DNA of 64,000 nucleotides from Trypanosoma brucei (lineage: Eukaryota), in NCBI GenBank assembly GCA_000002445.1, contig CM000208.1:352001-416000 (forward strand), given 5' to 3'. The translations under genes were made by a program, and so were the position numbers. Positions 41,885 through 53,759 of the stretch are shown piece by piece; position 1 is the first letter of the stretch, and every line of letters begins with the position of its first letter. The notes under the pieces are model-generated. The model ran no database searches and was not told the origin of the DNA. It saw only the letters and a list, made by a program, of their open reading frames with translations.

Positions 41885-44230
41885 CATTTCAAGTAAAGAA
41901 TAAAAAAAGAAAAAAGAAAAAGAAAAGCCAACAGGATGGCCCTCCTCACAGCTGCATGTCACATTTATTTATTTTAACTCCTTCGTTGTTGTTTTGTTTT
42001 TGTTTTTGTTTTTGTTTTTGTTTTTTTTTTCCTCCTTCTCCCCCCACCTTTTGTTCTTTTTTTTTCGATTCTTCGGGGTCTTACGGCACTTTACCTGCTT
42101 CCATTCATCCATTTGAAAAAAAAAAAGAGGACGTGACGGGGACGGGGTGTGGGGGAGTAAAAACGAAAACAGCAGGCGCGGGTTCTTCCTTTTGTTATTA
42201 TTATTTTTTCTTTTTTTGTTCCTTTTGTTCCTTAAACATTAATATCATTTTATATAAAAACAAAACAAAACAAAAAACAAAAAAATTGCTCTCTCTCTCT
42301 CTCTCCCCGCCATTTTTGTTCCGTTTCATTCCGTTCTTGTGTATGTTATATCATATCATATCACTCAAGTTTTGTTTTTTCTTTTGTTTTTTTCTTTTTT
42401 TTCATTTTATTTTGTTTTTTGGTTTGCTTTGCCTCCCTCTCCCTCCTTCCCCACACCGCCGCGTATTTCCCCTCTTATTTCCTCTTCTCTTCACATGATT
42501 AATTTAAGTGCTATAAATAACCCTAATGGTAACAGTAACCGTCATAATAATAACAATAATAATAATGATGATGATGAAGATGATTGTGGCGGTGGTAGAA
42601 GCAGTAGTGTAAGTGAGCAGAAGGACGAATATAAATAAATAAATAAATATACAAATATATTCGCTCAAAAATACCCATACAAAACGGAAACACAGACACG
42701 AACGCGAACGCACGGACTCTTTCATATTTTGTTTTGTTATATATATATATATATATATATAATATTTTGTTTATGTATCTTTTTTTTTCTTCTGTGGTTG
42801 CCTCTCCTTCCTTTGGAGTTTTGGCCCAACACATACCCGCTATTGCCTTTTTTTTTCCCTTCTTCTTCTTCACTGGTTTTCGGTTGTTGTTTATTCTTTA
42901 TTTATATATTTTTTTCTTTTTTTTTGTGTGTGTTTTTTTTTTGCTTCCTTTTCCCTTTACCTTTACCTTTGCCATTGTCATTCTTTCTTTTTCTCTTTTG
43001 TTGTTGTTTTTGCTAATATTTTCACTCTCTCTTTCTCTCTTTTTCTTTTTCTTTTCCTGAAAACACAAGCACAAACTTTCATTTGTTTCTTTTTTCTTGT
43101 TTTTTTTCCTTTTGCCTCTTTTGTTTTTCCCCCCTATTATTTTCCCCCCTTTTTTCTTTTCGTTTTTTTACTTTTTTTTGTTTTACTTTCCGTTCACTCT
43201 GCAATAACGGGACTTCTTATTTTTTTAAAAAAAATTTTTTCCATCATCTCGCAATTCCCCTCCCCCTTATCTTTCCTTTTCCCTTATCTTTCCTTTTTAT
43301 TTCTTTTTTTTCCTTTTCCTTTTCCTTTTTCTGTTGTTGTTGTTGTTTGTTTGAAAAATATGATAATTCCGTCCCTTCCGTTCCATTTCAATTAAACTTG
43401 TATGTAGAGGGAATCGCACAATGAAAAAGAAATAAGAAGAGAAAATAATAAAAAAGGAGAAAATAATAAAAAAAGTAAAAAAGTAAAAGCAAAAAAGCAA
43501 AAAAGAAAGAAAAGGGGAAGTTGGGAGAAGGGGGAAAGAAAAAAAAAAGAAAAGAAAAGAATGCACAAATCCCGGAATGCAATGTCCCACATCACACAAA
43601 TAAACGTCTAGCATCACATCACACAATTCCCCGCCACTTTGCAGCCACCATTCCTTCACACGTGCTTTTATAAATATAAATATATATTTCCCCCTCCTTT
43701 TTTTTAAAAAAAAAAGTAAGTCTCATTTCTTGTTTGTCTTTGTTTTTGTTTCATCTTTCATTTTTTTTTGTTCTTGTTGTTGTTGCTGCTGCTGTTCCAT
43801 TCCTATTCTTCTTCCCCCATGGCGAAGAGAAGGAGGAGGGAGAGAAAGGAGGAAGTAAAGGAGATAAAGCGACGGTTCATTTCTTACGCATAATAATAGT
43901 AATAATAATAATAACAGTAATAATGATTGTAATAATTACTCTTTCTTATCTGCTCATTGACCGATAACATCTCCACTCTCCAGTTCCTTTTTTCTCCTCT
44001 TCCTCTTTCTTTGTTTTCTCACTCTTTCTCTTCCTCTTTTCTTTTTTTTTTTGCTTCTTCGTCGATTTCCCCCTCCACACACACACATACTTCTTCAAAA
44101 GAAGATGGGGGAAAAACAAAGAAACAGAAATCGAAAGTAAAAAGAAAAAAAGAGAATGAGAGAGTAGGGAAAGGAAAAGGAAAAAAAAAATAGTAACAAT
44201 AGTAACAGTAATAACAGTAGTAACGACAAC
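39700..44230. repeat. Low-complexity, microsatellite-rich, strand-asymmetric inter-CDS block of about 4.5 kb
   Basis: The + strand is strongly T/C-rich across 40250-43400, with short purine-rich islands (39740-40130, 43400-43560, 44100-44230). Embedded simple repeats include (GAAA)n near 39771, G12 at 39916-39927, T11G13 at 40624-40647, (TA)n near 40955, (CATT)n near 41720, (TA)20 at 41843-41882, (TGTTTT)n near 41995, (CT)n near 42290 and (TA)n near 42740. No credible ORF on either strand. Confidence 0.8.
41843..41882. repeat. (TA)20 dinucleotide microsatellite
   Basis: Read directly from the sequence. Confidence 0.9.
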
Positions 44231-44324
44231 GGTGACAACTGTTATTATCATTATTATCATTATACTTCCATGTTCATTTTATTTGGTATCAGTGTACGGT
44301 GCAGCCATGGGGGACGCGTCTTTA

Positions 44325-47300
44325 CTAGTGAGGAATCGGTTCTTGGTGTCGTGGTGGATATAAATTGTGGATATCACCTGGGGGATTGTCATCAATGTGA
44401 TCGCGCCACTTTTGCCACATCATTTCGATTGTGTCCTCAACAATAGTGCCAGTAAGTTGGTCCTTTGCGACAATTGTTTCCTTATCATTCAACATGTAGG
44501 CGTTAATTAGGTACAGTGCTTGAAGTGTGAAGGACATAACCAAATGAAGGTGGTCGGCAAGATCAGGAATGTCGCGGAATTTCCCTTGCAAGTACTCTAT
44601 TCGCTCCTCCCGCGAGGTGAGGTTAGCTTGGTAGTCCGATGGGAAAACGAGTACGTAGTGAAGAAGTAACCCACCGATGGTGGATGGAACATCCCCAAAC
44701 GGTAATATGGAGGCGAATTCAGCAAAATCTTGCAAACTGCAGCTGCTGTTTCCAGAAAGGAACACAGTGGAGGTGATAACCTCTACAAGCTCGCGAAGGC
44801 AGCGGCACATAGCACGAACCATTACAGTGAAGGCACATAAGTGTCGACTGTAGACAGGAGCCCATACAAAGGGCAAGTTCTCACTCGCACGGCGATACGG
44901 CAGCTTGACGAGACAAGCAATACGTGAGGCCAGTAACACACGCGAGTCACTATTGGTATCCTGGTCATCCATACTAATTTCTACCTGCTGATTGGCAGGA
45001 TTGATGTAGCGACAGGGATTGCTATTGATAATTCGAACGCGGACCAACTCCGTCAGGAGAACAAAAGATGCCTGAACGTCAAGTGGGTTTGCCTTGATGG
45101 TTGCCCTCAGGTATATGGGAAAGTACACAGATGGGTAGTCCTTTAATCCCTCATCCGCCATGAAATTGATGTCGCTTGCTTCACTTCTCTTCATGCTGCT
45201 GAGATCCTTTTCGTGGTAGGCGGCCGGGACGGAACCACCCCGGTCGTGGCCATCCATCCCGCAGCACTCCATTTCCATCCCATCCACCGCGTCGTTAGGA
45301 GCAGTGGAGTGCGAAAAGTAACCGAGGAAATCAAATGACTTAAGAAGAATAGCTAAAAAGGTCTCCCTCTTGCTGTTGTAGCGGATGGGCACCCGACCTG
45401 CAGGACGGTTGCTCTCTTCCACCGCTGGTCTCGATGCATCAGCTGTGACACTAAGCACTGAGGCAATGCTATAATCTGCTAAACAGTCTTCGTCCAATTT
45501 CTTCAGCTGATCACTATCTGAGATTTCCCACTCGTCTAAGTCGATGAGGTCGCGGGGTCGATCCATCGGAGCCAATATCGGTTGAAACCATCGAACCCAC
45601 GAAAGGCACTCGGTCCGTTTGATTGGGGGCGGGTGCGCAATCCTCTTCAGTATCTGTCCAATGACTTGACTGCGCATCGTCATGAGGAGCCCTAATGTGG
45701 TGTGATAGTCCTTAGTGTCTGAAACGGGGCATTCATCACGGAGGTACGACTGTGTTATAGCCGTCATTATACGCACAGACAGCAGTCCAGAGAACTGCAT
45801 GTAAAATAGTGACAGCGGCACAAGATGACCCAACACCCCGGCGAGATTTGTAGGCATGTCGGCGTTCGTCAAGTCAGGATCGAGTACGCGAACTAAGTAT
45901 ACCAACGGTGTGTCCCGTGATTTCGTGGAGAATACCGCACTGTAACGAAGGTATCCACGCCCTTTGGAATGCTTAATGGAGAGACCGGCCTTCTTGCCCG
46001 TTTCCTGTGAGCATGCATGGGCATTGATAAAGTCCTTAATGGAGCGAAATTTCGGTGTGGGCGTGGATAGTTCCTCATAAACCTCCTGCATTGAAAGATT
46101 AAGGGTCACGCGCGCGGACGACAGTGCAGCGTGCGTTGCCGTAATGAGGCCAAGGTCCATCAACCTATCCCCCGCAACTCTAGTATTCGTTTCGGTGACG
46201 TGATTCGGGAAGAGTGCACGAAGAACCCTATCCCTGTCTAGATAATTTACGCTGCTATTAGACACGTCAATCTGCACAATGACTTTCATTTCGTCATACG
46301 GAAGCAACAACATCTCTGGCGGCCCCATTAATAAATCCGCAATTCCCTCCTTGTGGAATGCAACCATCTGCGCCCAGTTGAGGAACGGGGCCGTAACCGC
46401 CATTACGCCCAGTTCCTCCTTCAAGTAGCGTGCAACCGCCATTTGCACGTCCTCGCCTAGGGGCTGATCAAACGCTTCTTGAATTTCCACTTCATCCGGT
46501 ATTTCACCATCCTCCAGCTTACTCCAGACGGCGTCGCGAGCACGCAGCTCCGCCTCAGTCGTTAGAAATGTCTCCACATCACCACTCACGCTAAGACCGT
46601 TGAAGACCCAAATGGGTTCCAGTTTCATGTTTCGCATCCACTCCACGTGCTGCTGCACTAACATGAGTAATTCCTCGGGGAGTGTAGAGTGAAGAAACCA
46701 CAAGGAGTCTCTCTTCCTGAGCTCATCACGAAGACTCGTAAGGCAGAAGTTACCGTCCACAGCCACTTTCAGCGCGGGGTCGTCCTTTCCATATCCCTCT
46801 GGAAAGAACTTTGAGATATTGTCCACCGACACAAGGCCCCGATCATGTAGAAAATCGTAAAGCGCCTCCGTGGAGCCGCTCATATTCGCATCGTCCCCCG
46901 GAAATGTGTCACCCATGCTTGGGGTCGTAGGGATCATAGCGTGCGGACTGGGCGACACGCCTGGTAGAGGCATAAAGTTGCCCACTTGGGGGGGTAAACC
47001 TTGGCCCATCATGGGCGACTGATTCATGCGGTTGGGAGGCATCATCCCAGGATCAGGTGTACCTATGCGCGGTGGACGTGATGCGTTTGATGCAGGCATT
47101 TGGGGACCCATCCCCCTTGCCCGCATTTCCAAGTAACCAGCATTGCCACCACCACCACCGCCACCACCAATACCAGCCGGGGGCCTCGACGCGTTCATCG
47201 GACCTCCAGGGCCAACACCTGCACCAGGCAAAACGCCACCGTACGGCGGGCCCGCCGGCATCGGTGGTGGCGGTGGTGGTCCCACAGGTGCACCCGCACC

Positions 47301-47987
47301 GTAACCTACCTGCGCTGGAGGGCTTACGCGCGTATCCGGGTACCCGTCATGACGCATCATTGGTGCACCGTACATTCCGCTGGGTTGCATATGTTCCATG
47401 AGAGGTTGTCCTCCACGACCAAATCCCATTGGCGTGTGCGCCCCTTGATGGGGAAGTGCACCGTACCCACCGGGAAGGGGTGCACCGGCAGGAAGCCCGT
47501 TGTGCATCGCTGGGTTACGCCCGTAAGGAATATTTGCTCCACCTCCCATATGGGAAGGGGAGGAAGGATACTGGCCACCGTGCACATCTCGGTACATTCC
47601 ACCCATATCTCCGTAACCACCACCGGTGCCCGGGCTCATTTGATTGTAGCCCTGATTATACATGGGCGTCTGCTGCGGAGGACTATTCCACGGACTGCCA
47701 GAGACACCCTGCCCAAAACTATGTGGTGGCATTTGCGGCTGACGGATGTTGTCGTAAGCATTACCGTAAACGCCATTGTGATGGGGGTGATGATGGTGAT
47801 GTTGGTGCGGATGCTGGTGAGGATGTTGGTGCTGGTGCTGATGTTGATGCTGATGCTGATGATGGTGCTGATGCTGATGATGGTGCGGATACATCATAGA
47901 GGGGCCTGGGGGTGACATTTGTGGCCCCTGCTGTCCCAGGTTTCGGCCCTGTCGTTCATTATTGCGATTTGCTCCAGCTTTCCTCAT
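44325..47987 (-). CDS. MKT1L: MKT1-like protein (MKT1L-type): N-terminal Gln/His/Pro/Gly/Met-rich low-complexity extension plus an MKT1/XPG-like N domain and an MKT1 C-terminal region (start moved to the first ATG; the track start at 48011 is a GTG)
   Basis: The first ATG (MRKAGANRNN) is at 47987-47985. Residues after the roughly 380-aa low-complexity region read EALYDFLHDRGLVSVDNISKFF...KVAVDGNFCL, which resembles the yeast Mkt1 N-terminus (LESFLFERGLV...). A HQHQHQHQHPHQHHHHH tract is encoded by imperfect CAC/CAG repeats. Confidence 0.7.
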   Translation of the reverse strand: MRKAGANRNNERQGRNLGQQGPQMSPPGPSMMYPHHHQHQHHHQHQHQHQHQHQHPHQHPHQHHHHHPHHNGVYGNAYDNIRQPQMPPHSFGQGVSGSPWNSPPQQTPMYNQGYNQMSPGTGGGYGDMGGMYRDVHGGQYPSSPSHMGGGANIPYGRNPAMHNGLPAGAPLPGGYGALPHQGAHTPMGFGRGGQPLMEHMQPSGMYGAPMMRHDGYPDTRVSPPAQVGYGAGAPVGPPPPPPMPAGPPYGGVLPGAGVGPGGPMNASRPPAGIGGGGGGGGNAGYLEMRARGMGPQMPASNASRPPRIGTPDPGMMPPNRMNQSPMMGQGLPPQVGNFMPLPGVSPSPHAMIPTTPSMGDTFPGDDANMSGSTEALYDFLHDRGLVSVDNISKFFPEGYGKDDPALKVAVDGNFCLTSLRDELRKRDSLWFLHSTLPEELLMLVQQHVEWMRNMKLEPIWVFNGLSVSGDVETFLTTEAELRARDAVWSKLEDGEIPDEVEIQEAFDQPLGEDVQMAVARYLKEELGVMAVTAPFLNWAQMVAFHKEGIADLLMGPPEMLLLPYDEMKVIVQIDVSNSSVNYLDRDRVLRALFPNHVTETNTRVAGDRLMDLGLITATHAALSSARVTLNLSMQEVYEELSTPTPKFRSIKDFINAHACSQETGKKAGLSIKHSKGRGYLRYSAVFSTKSRDTPLVYLVRVLDPDLTNADMPTNLAGVLGHLVPLSLFYMQFSGLLSVRIMTAITQSYLRDECPVSDTKDYHTTLGLLMTMRSQVIGQILKRIAHPPPIKRTECLSWVRWFQPILAPMDRPRDLIDLDEWEISDSDQLKKLDEDCLADYSIASVLSVTADASRPAVEESNRPAGRVPIRYNSKRETFLAILLKSFDFLGYFSHSTAPNDAVDGMEMECCGMDGHDRGGSVPAAYHEKDLSSMKRSEASDINFMADEGLKDYPSVYFPIYLRATIKANPLDVQASFVLLTELVRVRIINSNPCRYINPANQQVEISMDDQDTNSDSRVLLASRIACLVKLPYRRASENLPFVWAPVYSRHLCAFTVMVRAMCRCLRELVEVITSTVFLSGNSSCSLQDFAEFASILPFGDVPSTIGGLLLHYVLVFPSDYQANLTSREERIEYLQGKFRDIPDLADHLHLVMSFTLQALYLINAYMLNDKETIVAKDQLTGTIVEDTIEMMWQKWRDHIDDNPPGDIHNLYPPRHQEPIPH
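47795..47895. repeat. Imperfect in-frame CAC/CAG (His/Gln) codon repeat within the MKT1-like CDS
   Basis: The + strand reads gatg/ctgatg-type repeats gtgatgatggtgatgttggtgcggatgctggtgaggatgttggtgctggtgctgatgttgatgctgatgctgatgatggtgctgatgctgatga. Confidence 0.8.
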
Positions 47988-49054
47988 TTGTGCTTCCCCC
48001 GTCTGTTCCACCTAACTAACACACGCACGCCCAGACAACAACTACGACTAACAACACCTCCAAAGAAAAAATTGCTATTTTTTTTCTTTAAAAAAAAAAA
48101 GCGACGGCAACAACTACAACTACAAATATATAACAGCTGCTTTCAAGGAAAGGTGCAACGTTAACACACTTTCCCCCTTTACTATTGCTTTATATACAAA
48201 AGTTAACAACACAGGAGGAAATGCAGGAGAGAGAAGGGAGATTATTAAGGGAGGTAAGGGAAAAGAAAATGCAGGACCTGTGATACACAGACAAGCTTGA
48301 TCCAGGCCTCCCCGGGAACTGGGGTGCCCAGACACAGGCGTAGAAAATAAAAGAAGGAAAAAATAAAGAAATGGAAGTAACGGGAAAGCCCCCACAGAAA
48401 CGCTAAAGATGATTCCCCTTCAGATTAACCTCAGATACCCACTGGGAAGTTACGAAGTGTGGTAATACAACAGCTTCTCAAGAAATGAGTGAACAAACAA
48501 ATAAAGTAAAGGAATACCCGCCCAGGTGCACATATATCAACTCTCCCCAACGCTACTCTCTCTCCAGCACCCCCTTTCGCGTTTTGTTTAAGCAGCCCAC
48601 TGCGTTACCGGCGTTTGTCAATTTAAATACTACCAATTATTATTCTTGCACCTGCTCATATGTCCCTCACCTGCACGATGTTACCATCGGGGCGCAGCGG
48701 CCATTTCACGGACAGCTCTGAGTCATTTTCGAAAAAAAAGGGCGAAAACTACAAAACTACAACAACACAATTGTGAATCATAAAAGAAGGAAAAGTGATG
48801 ATTTTAGGAGAACTCGAAGCCAAACGGAACCGAGGCGATCAATCAAAAACACACACAAAAAGAAAAGCATACGGGGTTTCCCCCAGGAAAATTTTTAAAG
48901 TTTCACTGAGACGTGGGGAGAAAAAAATAGGTTGAACAGCGAATAGCGTGCGCTGGAGCACGAATGAGGCGGCTGTGACGGAAGATGATGAAGAGAAAAT
49001 AAGTAAGAGGAAATGAGAACCGCTATTGGCTAGCTAAAGAAATCATTCGTACAC

Positions 49055-51376
49055 TTATGTACTCTTTGTATTCTCTGTTGAGCGCTTGCTGAACAGCACC
49101 TCGCCCTCCACTGCGGGGCCGAGACGCGTTCCAGGAGGAACGGCACCAAACTCAAAGTTCTCAATACCTTTACGATGTACCTCGGGGACGCCCAACATGT
49201 CAAAAATAACAACGGACTTCCGCGGAAGAATTGGGGAAAGGAGCAGCGTCGTCACGCGTACACCCTCCAGGGTAATGTACAGCACCGTGCGGAGCCGTTC
49301 CGGGTCTGTTTTGACGAGTTTCCATGGCGCCATGTCGGTGACGTAAGCGTTGATGGCACGTAGCACGTCGAAAACGGCAATGATAGCTTTCTGTATGTCG
49401 GGAATCAGGTAGTAGTGATCCGCCGTTCCAGGCAAATCCTTAATGAGTTGTATGAGGGACTCGTCCTCCTCGGTGTAAGCCGCAGGACTGGGCCACTCGC
49501 CGTTAACATTTATCTTCGCAGAAGTGCACCGCATGACAAGATTGCCGAGCGTATCAGCAAGCTCACCATTAAGGCGGGCAATCATGTTCTTGTCACTGTA
49601 GTCACCATCATCGGAGAAGCCCGACTCCCGAAGCAGGAAGTACTTAAGCGCATCGTAACCAAACTCCTCTGCCTTCTCCACCGGATCGAAAACGTTCCCG
49701 AGGGATTTGCTGATCTTCTTGCGATCCTTTGTCCACCACCCATGTGCGACAATCTTCTTGGGTAGTGGAAGGCCAGCAGAGAGCAGGAACGCAGGCCAGT
49801 AAATTGCGTGGAACTTCAAAATGTCTTTCCCAATAACGTGAACATCAGCAGGGAAGCGCTCGAGCTCGCTAAAGTCATCCGCTAGGCTCACCTCCTTCCC
49901 GGATTCATCTACTCGAAGACGTGAACCAGTTAAATAATTCGTCAGAGCGTCGAGCCAGACATAAACGCAGTGGTCTGGGTTGCCTGGAACGGGTATCGCC
50001 CAGTTGTGCAGTGTTTCCTTCTTGCGGGAGACACTCAGGTCAGGCAAGCCCTTCTCCACCGCGCGAATTACCTCCCTTCTGCGAAACTCTGGCACTATGC
50101 AACCGGGGTTGGCATGGTACCATTCCAAAAGCCTCTCGCGGAACGCGCTCAGGCGGAACATATAATTTTCTTCTGAGACCCACGTTACGACGTGCCCACT
50201 TTCGAGGCTCACTTTGCATGGATTGCCATCCTTGTCAACTCCGTCCGTGATGTTCTGTGGCGTAAGGAAGGACTCATCACTGATTGAATACCAACCTTCA
50301 TAACGGCCGAGATAGATGTCACCTTTCTGCTCCAACTTCGTCCATAGCTCCTTAACCACCGCCTTGTGTTGCTCATTGGTGGTGCGAATGAAGTAGTCGA
50401 TGCTGTAATCCATCTGTTCAAAACACTTCTTGAACTCGCCAGCCACAGCAGCCGTAAAATCATACGGAGAAACCTGTTTCTGCTTGGCAGCTTCGGCTAC
50501 CTTCTGCCCGTGTTCATCGGTGCCAGTCAATGCAAACACCCGCTCTCCCTTCACGCGGTGGTACCTCCCAATGACGTCGGTAATCAAAGTGCTGTACACG
50601 TGACCAATGTGTGGTGCTGCATTCACGTAGTAAATGGGTGATGTGACAAAGAATACTTTCTCCACCTTAGCCGACACCTTGTACACACGTGGGCACCGCA
50701 AGAAGTCGGCAGCTTCCTGCACAGAGAGGTTCTCGAAGGCGTTATCAATCAACGTCTTCTGTTCCTTTTGAAATGTATTGAACCACTTCACAAGATGCGG
50801 TAGCTGTTGCTTCTCCGAGTCCCGCAGCACACCGCTCTCGCAGAGAGCAGGAAGGACAGCACACCATACAATACAGTCAATGAAAAAAGTGCTGACGGCA
50901 TCGGTGGGATCCGCAGCCCCTTTACCTTCAACAGCTGGAGAGTAAACACAGCGGTCATCATTTTCACTAATCTTTTTGTCGAGATATGAAAACACAGCCA
51001 GAGACTCCGCCGTTTGCCGTCGTTGCGTGTAGAGCGGGTGCACAGCACGGGTAAAAGTCGTTGCCTCCCACTCCAACCACGTCTCGTGCTCCAATGTCAG
51101 GTTTGTCAAACCGGCAACGGGAGAGGCGGTACCGTCACCATTAGATGAATCTGCTGCCCCTCCATTATTACTAGTGGGTTCAACGCTGTAAAATAAAATG
51201 ACGCGGGCCATTTCGTTAGGTGCAATGATGGGCTGCTTGAAGGCTGGATGGTGCAAAATAGGAGTTGCATATGCTCCCGATAGCGACACCTCTACGGGTC
51301 GTTTAACGTAATAAGAGCACAGCAACACCTTGAGGGCTTGTGAGTTGGCCTTTTCTGAAAGCAGCTTTAGAGCCAT
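49055..51376 (-). CDS. MetRS: Methionyl-tRNA synthetase (class I) with an N-terminal appended domain of about 230 aa
   Basis: 773-aa ORF. HIGH motif ([16 protein letters not shown]), KMSKS motif (KISKSLGN), connective-peptide and anticodon-binding regions. Start coordinate taken from the ORF track; my own position count placed the ATG about 1 nt lower (51373-51375). Confidence 0.9.
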   Translation of the reverse strand: MALKLLSEKANSQALKVLLCSYYVKRPVEVSLSGAYATPILHHPAFKQPIIAPNEMARVILFYSVEPTSNNGGAADSSNGDGTASPVAGLTNLTLEHETWLEWEATTFTRAVHPLYTQRRQTAESLAVFSYLDKKISENDDRCVYSPAVEGKGAADPTDAVSTFFIDCIVWCAVLPALCESGVLRDSEKQQLPHLVKWFNTFQKEQKTLIDNAFENLSVQEAADFLRCPRVYKVSAKVEKVFFVTSPIYYVNAAPHIGHVYSTLITDVIGRYHRVKGERVFALTGTDEHGQKVAEAAKQKQVSPYDFTAAVAGEFKKCFEQMDYSIDYFIRTTNEQHKAVVKELWTKLEQKGDIYLGRYEGWYSISDESFLTPQNITDGVDKDGNPCKVSLESGHVVTWVSEENYMFRLSAFRERLLEWYHANPGCIVPEFRRREVIRAVEKGLPDLSVSRKKETLHNWAIPVPGNPDHCVYVWLDALTNYLTGSRLRVDESGKEVSLADDFSELERFPADVHVIGKDILKFHAIYWPAFLLSAGLPLPKKIVAHGWWTKDRKKISKSLGNVFDPVEKAEEFGYDALKYFLLRESGFSDDGDYSDKNMIARLNGELADTLGNLVMRCTSAKINVNGEWPSPAAYTEEDESLIQLIKDLPGTADHYYLIPDIQKAIIAVFDVLRAINAYVTDMAPWKLVKTDPERLRTVLYITLEGVRVTTLLLSPILPRKSVVIFDMLGVPEVHRKGIENFEFGAVPPGTRLGPAVEGEVLFSKRSTENTKST

Positions 51377-53759
51377 CCCGTGAAATGCAGAGCCTGATTG
51401 GTGCTTCAGACGACAACCTATCTTTGGGCTTATTTTATCTTTCTTTCTCTTCTTTTTAAAGGGTTGTTCCTGTTTTGTTCGCCTTCCTTATTGTAAACGA
51501 AGTGATAGATAGGTACTCCTAAGCTCACTTTGTTATTCTTTCCTTTTAGAATATGTTTTTTTTGTGTGTGTGGTTTCACTGTTGTTTATGTTTCTAGCGT
51601 TACTTATCGTTCCCCCTTCCCTTTGAAGTTGTCAGTGGCGGTGCTTTGGCTCAACTGATAGCGTCTTTTTTTTTTTTTTTAAAGGCTACTGCTGTCAGAT
51701 CTCCTTTCAGCAGTTATTCCTCCCTTTATTCCTTGTTGTCCTTTTTTGTAAATGTATATCTCGCCTACTGTCTTGATCGTCACGAACTATACGCCTTACT
51801 GATTTCCTCCTTCAGTGCCTATTTATTTGTTTGAAAAATCCCTTGCGTCACAGTGGACATCACCGCAACATGACGAAATAGTGAGACACAAAAAAATAGA
51901 GAGAAAAAGTAAAGAGTTAAAGGGAGGAAATATGCATGTGTATTGTTTTACTTGTTTTTGCACTATCTTAACAGGTAAAGTTAGCATTACTACGACGCAT
52001 CCGTACAGCATGCGCGTTACATCACATGTCCATCCAATTTACTTCGCTACTTTTGCCTTGTCGCAGCTGCTGATGAAATTTTCCTGTCCGCTGAAAGCAT
52101 ATGTATGGTTTGTAAAGAAGATGTAGAAAGAAAGAAAGGAAAAGAAAAAAGGAAGGTGAGATATTAGTAAACAAATACGCACAAATACAAACATATATGC
52201 GCATATAAATAAATAAATACATATATACAGGAGGGAAAGTAGTTATCTCGCATTGATTGATTGATTGATTGATCGACTTATTTATTTTGTTTGCTTGATT
52301 AGGTCTGACGCACGTACTCTCTTTCTCTCTCTCTCTGATGCACGCTCTGGGGGGGGGGGGAAACAAAAACAATAATATAAAAGAGGCATGCAGCGAAACG
52401 ACGCTTTCAGTCAGACATTCATTCACTTAAAAAAAGAAAAGGAGGAAAGGGATAAATGGATGGATGGATGAGAAGGAGAAGGAGAAGGGAAAAAAGCAAA
52501 GTAAAGTAAAGGAGATAAAGGGGAAAAGAAAAAAAAGAATTGAATGAATTGAAGTGACGGAAATGAACTAAAGGTGTGAAGAAATTTTTATTTTTTATTT
52601 TAAAAAAGATGAGTAGAAGGGGGAAACAGAGGAATAAAAAATTTTTTAAGAAACAAGGAAGGGGATTAATTAATTACTTTTTTTTTTCTTTCATACCTTT
52701 TTCACCTTCATCTTCACCCTTCTTTTTTTTTCCTTTTCCCCACCACCACCACCACCACCACTCCCTTCATAATTTATTCTTCACCAACAGCACTCACAAT
52801 TTGCGCAACGAAACACATCTCGTTGGGAGGAACAATACACAAGTACAAGCACACACAAATACAAGGAAATATGAATACCGGTAATAATCATAAAATTAGA
52901 ATGAAAGTGAAAATTAAAAAAAAACACCAGAATGAAACCCGTAATTATCACAAGCGATGATGACCGCTTTTTTTTTTTCCTTCTCCTATTTCTTTATTTA
53001 CTTTTTGTTTGATCATAAGGCAAGGGCTAAACAACTTATTCCCACCAATGTTATTCGCATCATCGCCTCACCGTCCTTCTGTTTTAGCATTTATTTACTG
53101 TCATTTGCATTTCCATCTCTCTCATTTTATTTTTCCTTTTCTCCCTTCCATCTGCACCCTTCTCGTATTATTTTTCTTTTTTGTTTCCTCCCCTCCCCTC
53201 CCTTTAATACATAAAATTGCTGCATACCTTCTTTTCTCAAAAAAACAAAAACAAACAACAATTTTCGCTGCTGTTATTCATATCCTCACTTATTAATATT
53301 ACTGTTGCCGTTACTGATATCACCCATCCTCTCCTCGTTTTACTCTTTCTTTCTTTTTCAAGCTTCTGTAGTTACTCGTTTTGGTATTCACTATTTTCAG
53401 AAAAAGGAAACAAAAAAAAAACTAACCATCACATCACATCACATTCCCCACCTTCTCGCATAAATAATTAATAAAAATGGAAAGAAGAATGGAAAAGAAA
53501 AAAATTGAGACAAACAGATACGGTGAAGGGGAGTGGTTGACCGCACAAACATAAACGCACACACAAACACACACGTAACAACACACAAAAATTACATATG
53601 AAAGGGCGAATGAGGGTCTTAATTTTATTTTTAAAAAAAATTAATATTAAAAAACGCTGAAAGGTGAAAAATACCAGCAACAACAAGGCAAACTAAAGAA
53701 AAAAGAAGCGTAAAGAAAAAAAAATGAAGTGAAGTGAAAACAATTCAAACCTGTGTTAC

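Noticed and set aside
40250-43400. Multiple + strand ORFs of 100-250 aa (e.g. 40913..41677, 41785..42498) encoding Phe/Ser/Leu-rich peptides
   Set aside because: They are translations of T/C-rich microsatellite DNA with no start context, no complexity, and overlapping frames.
47100-47915. 271-aa and 156-aa + strand ORFs rich in His, Val, Met and Arg
   Set aside because: They are antisense to the His/Gln/Pro-rich region of the MKT1-like gene and produced by the CAC/CAG microsatellite.
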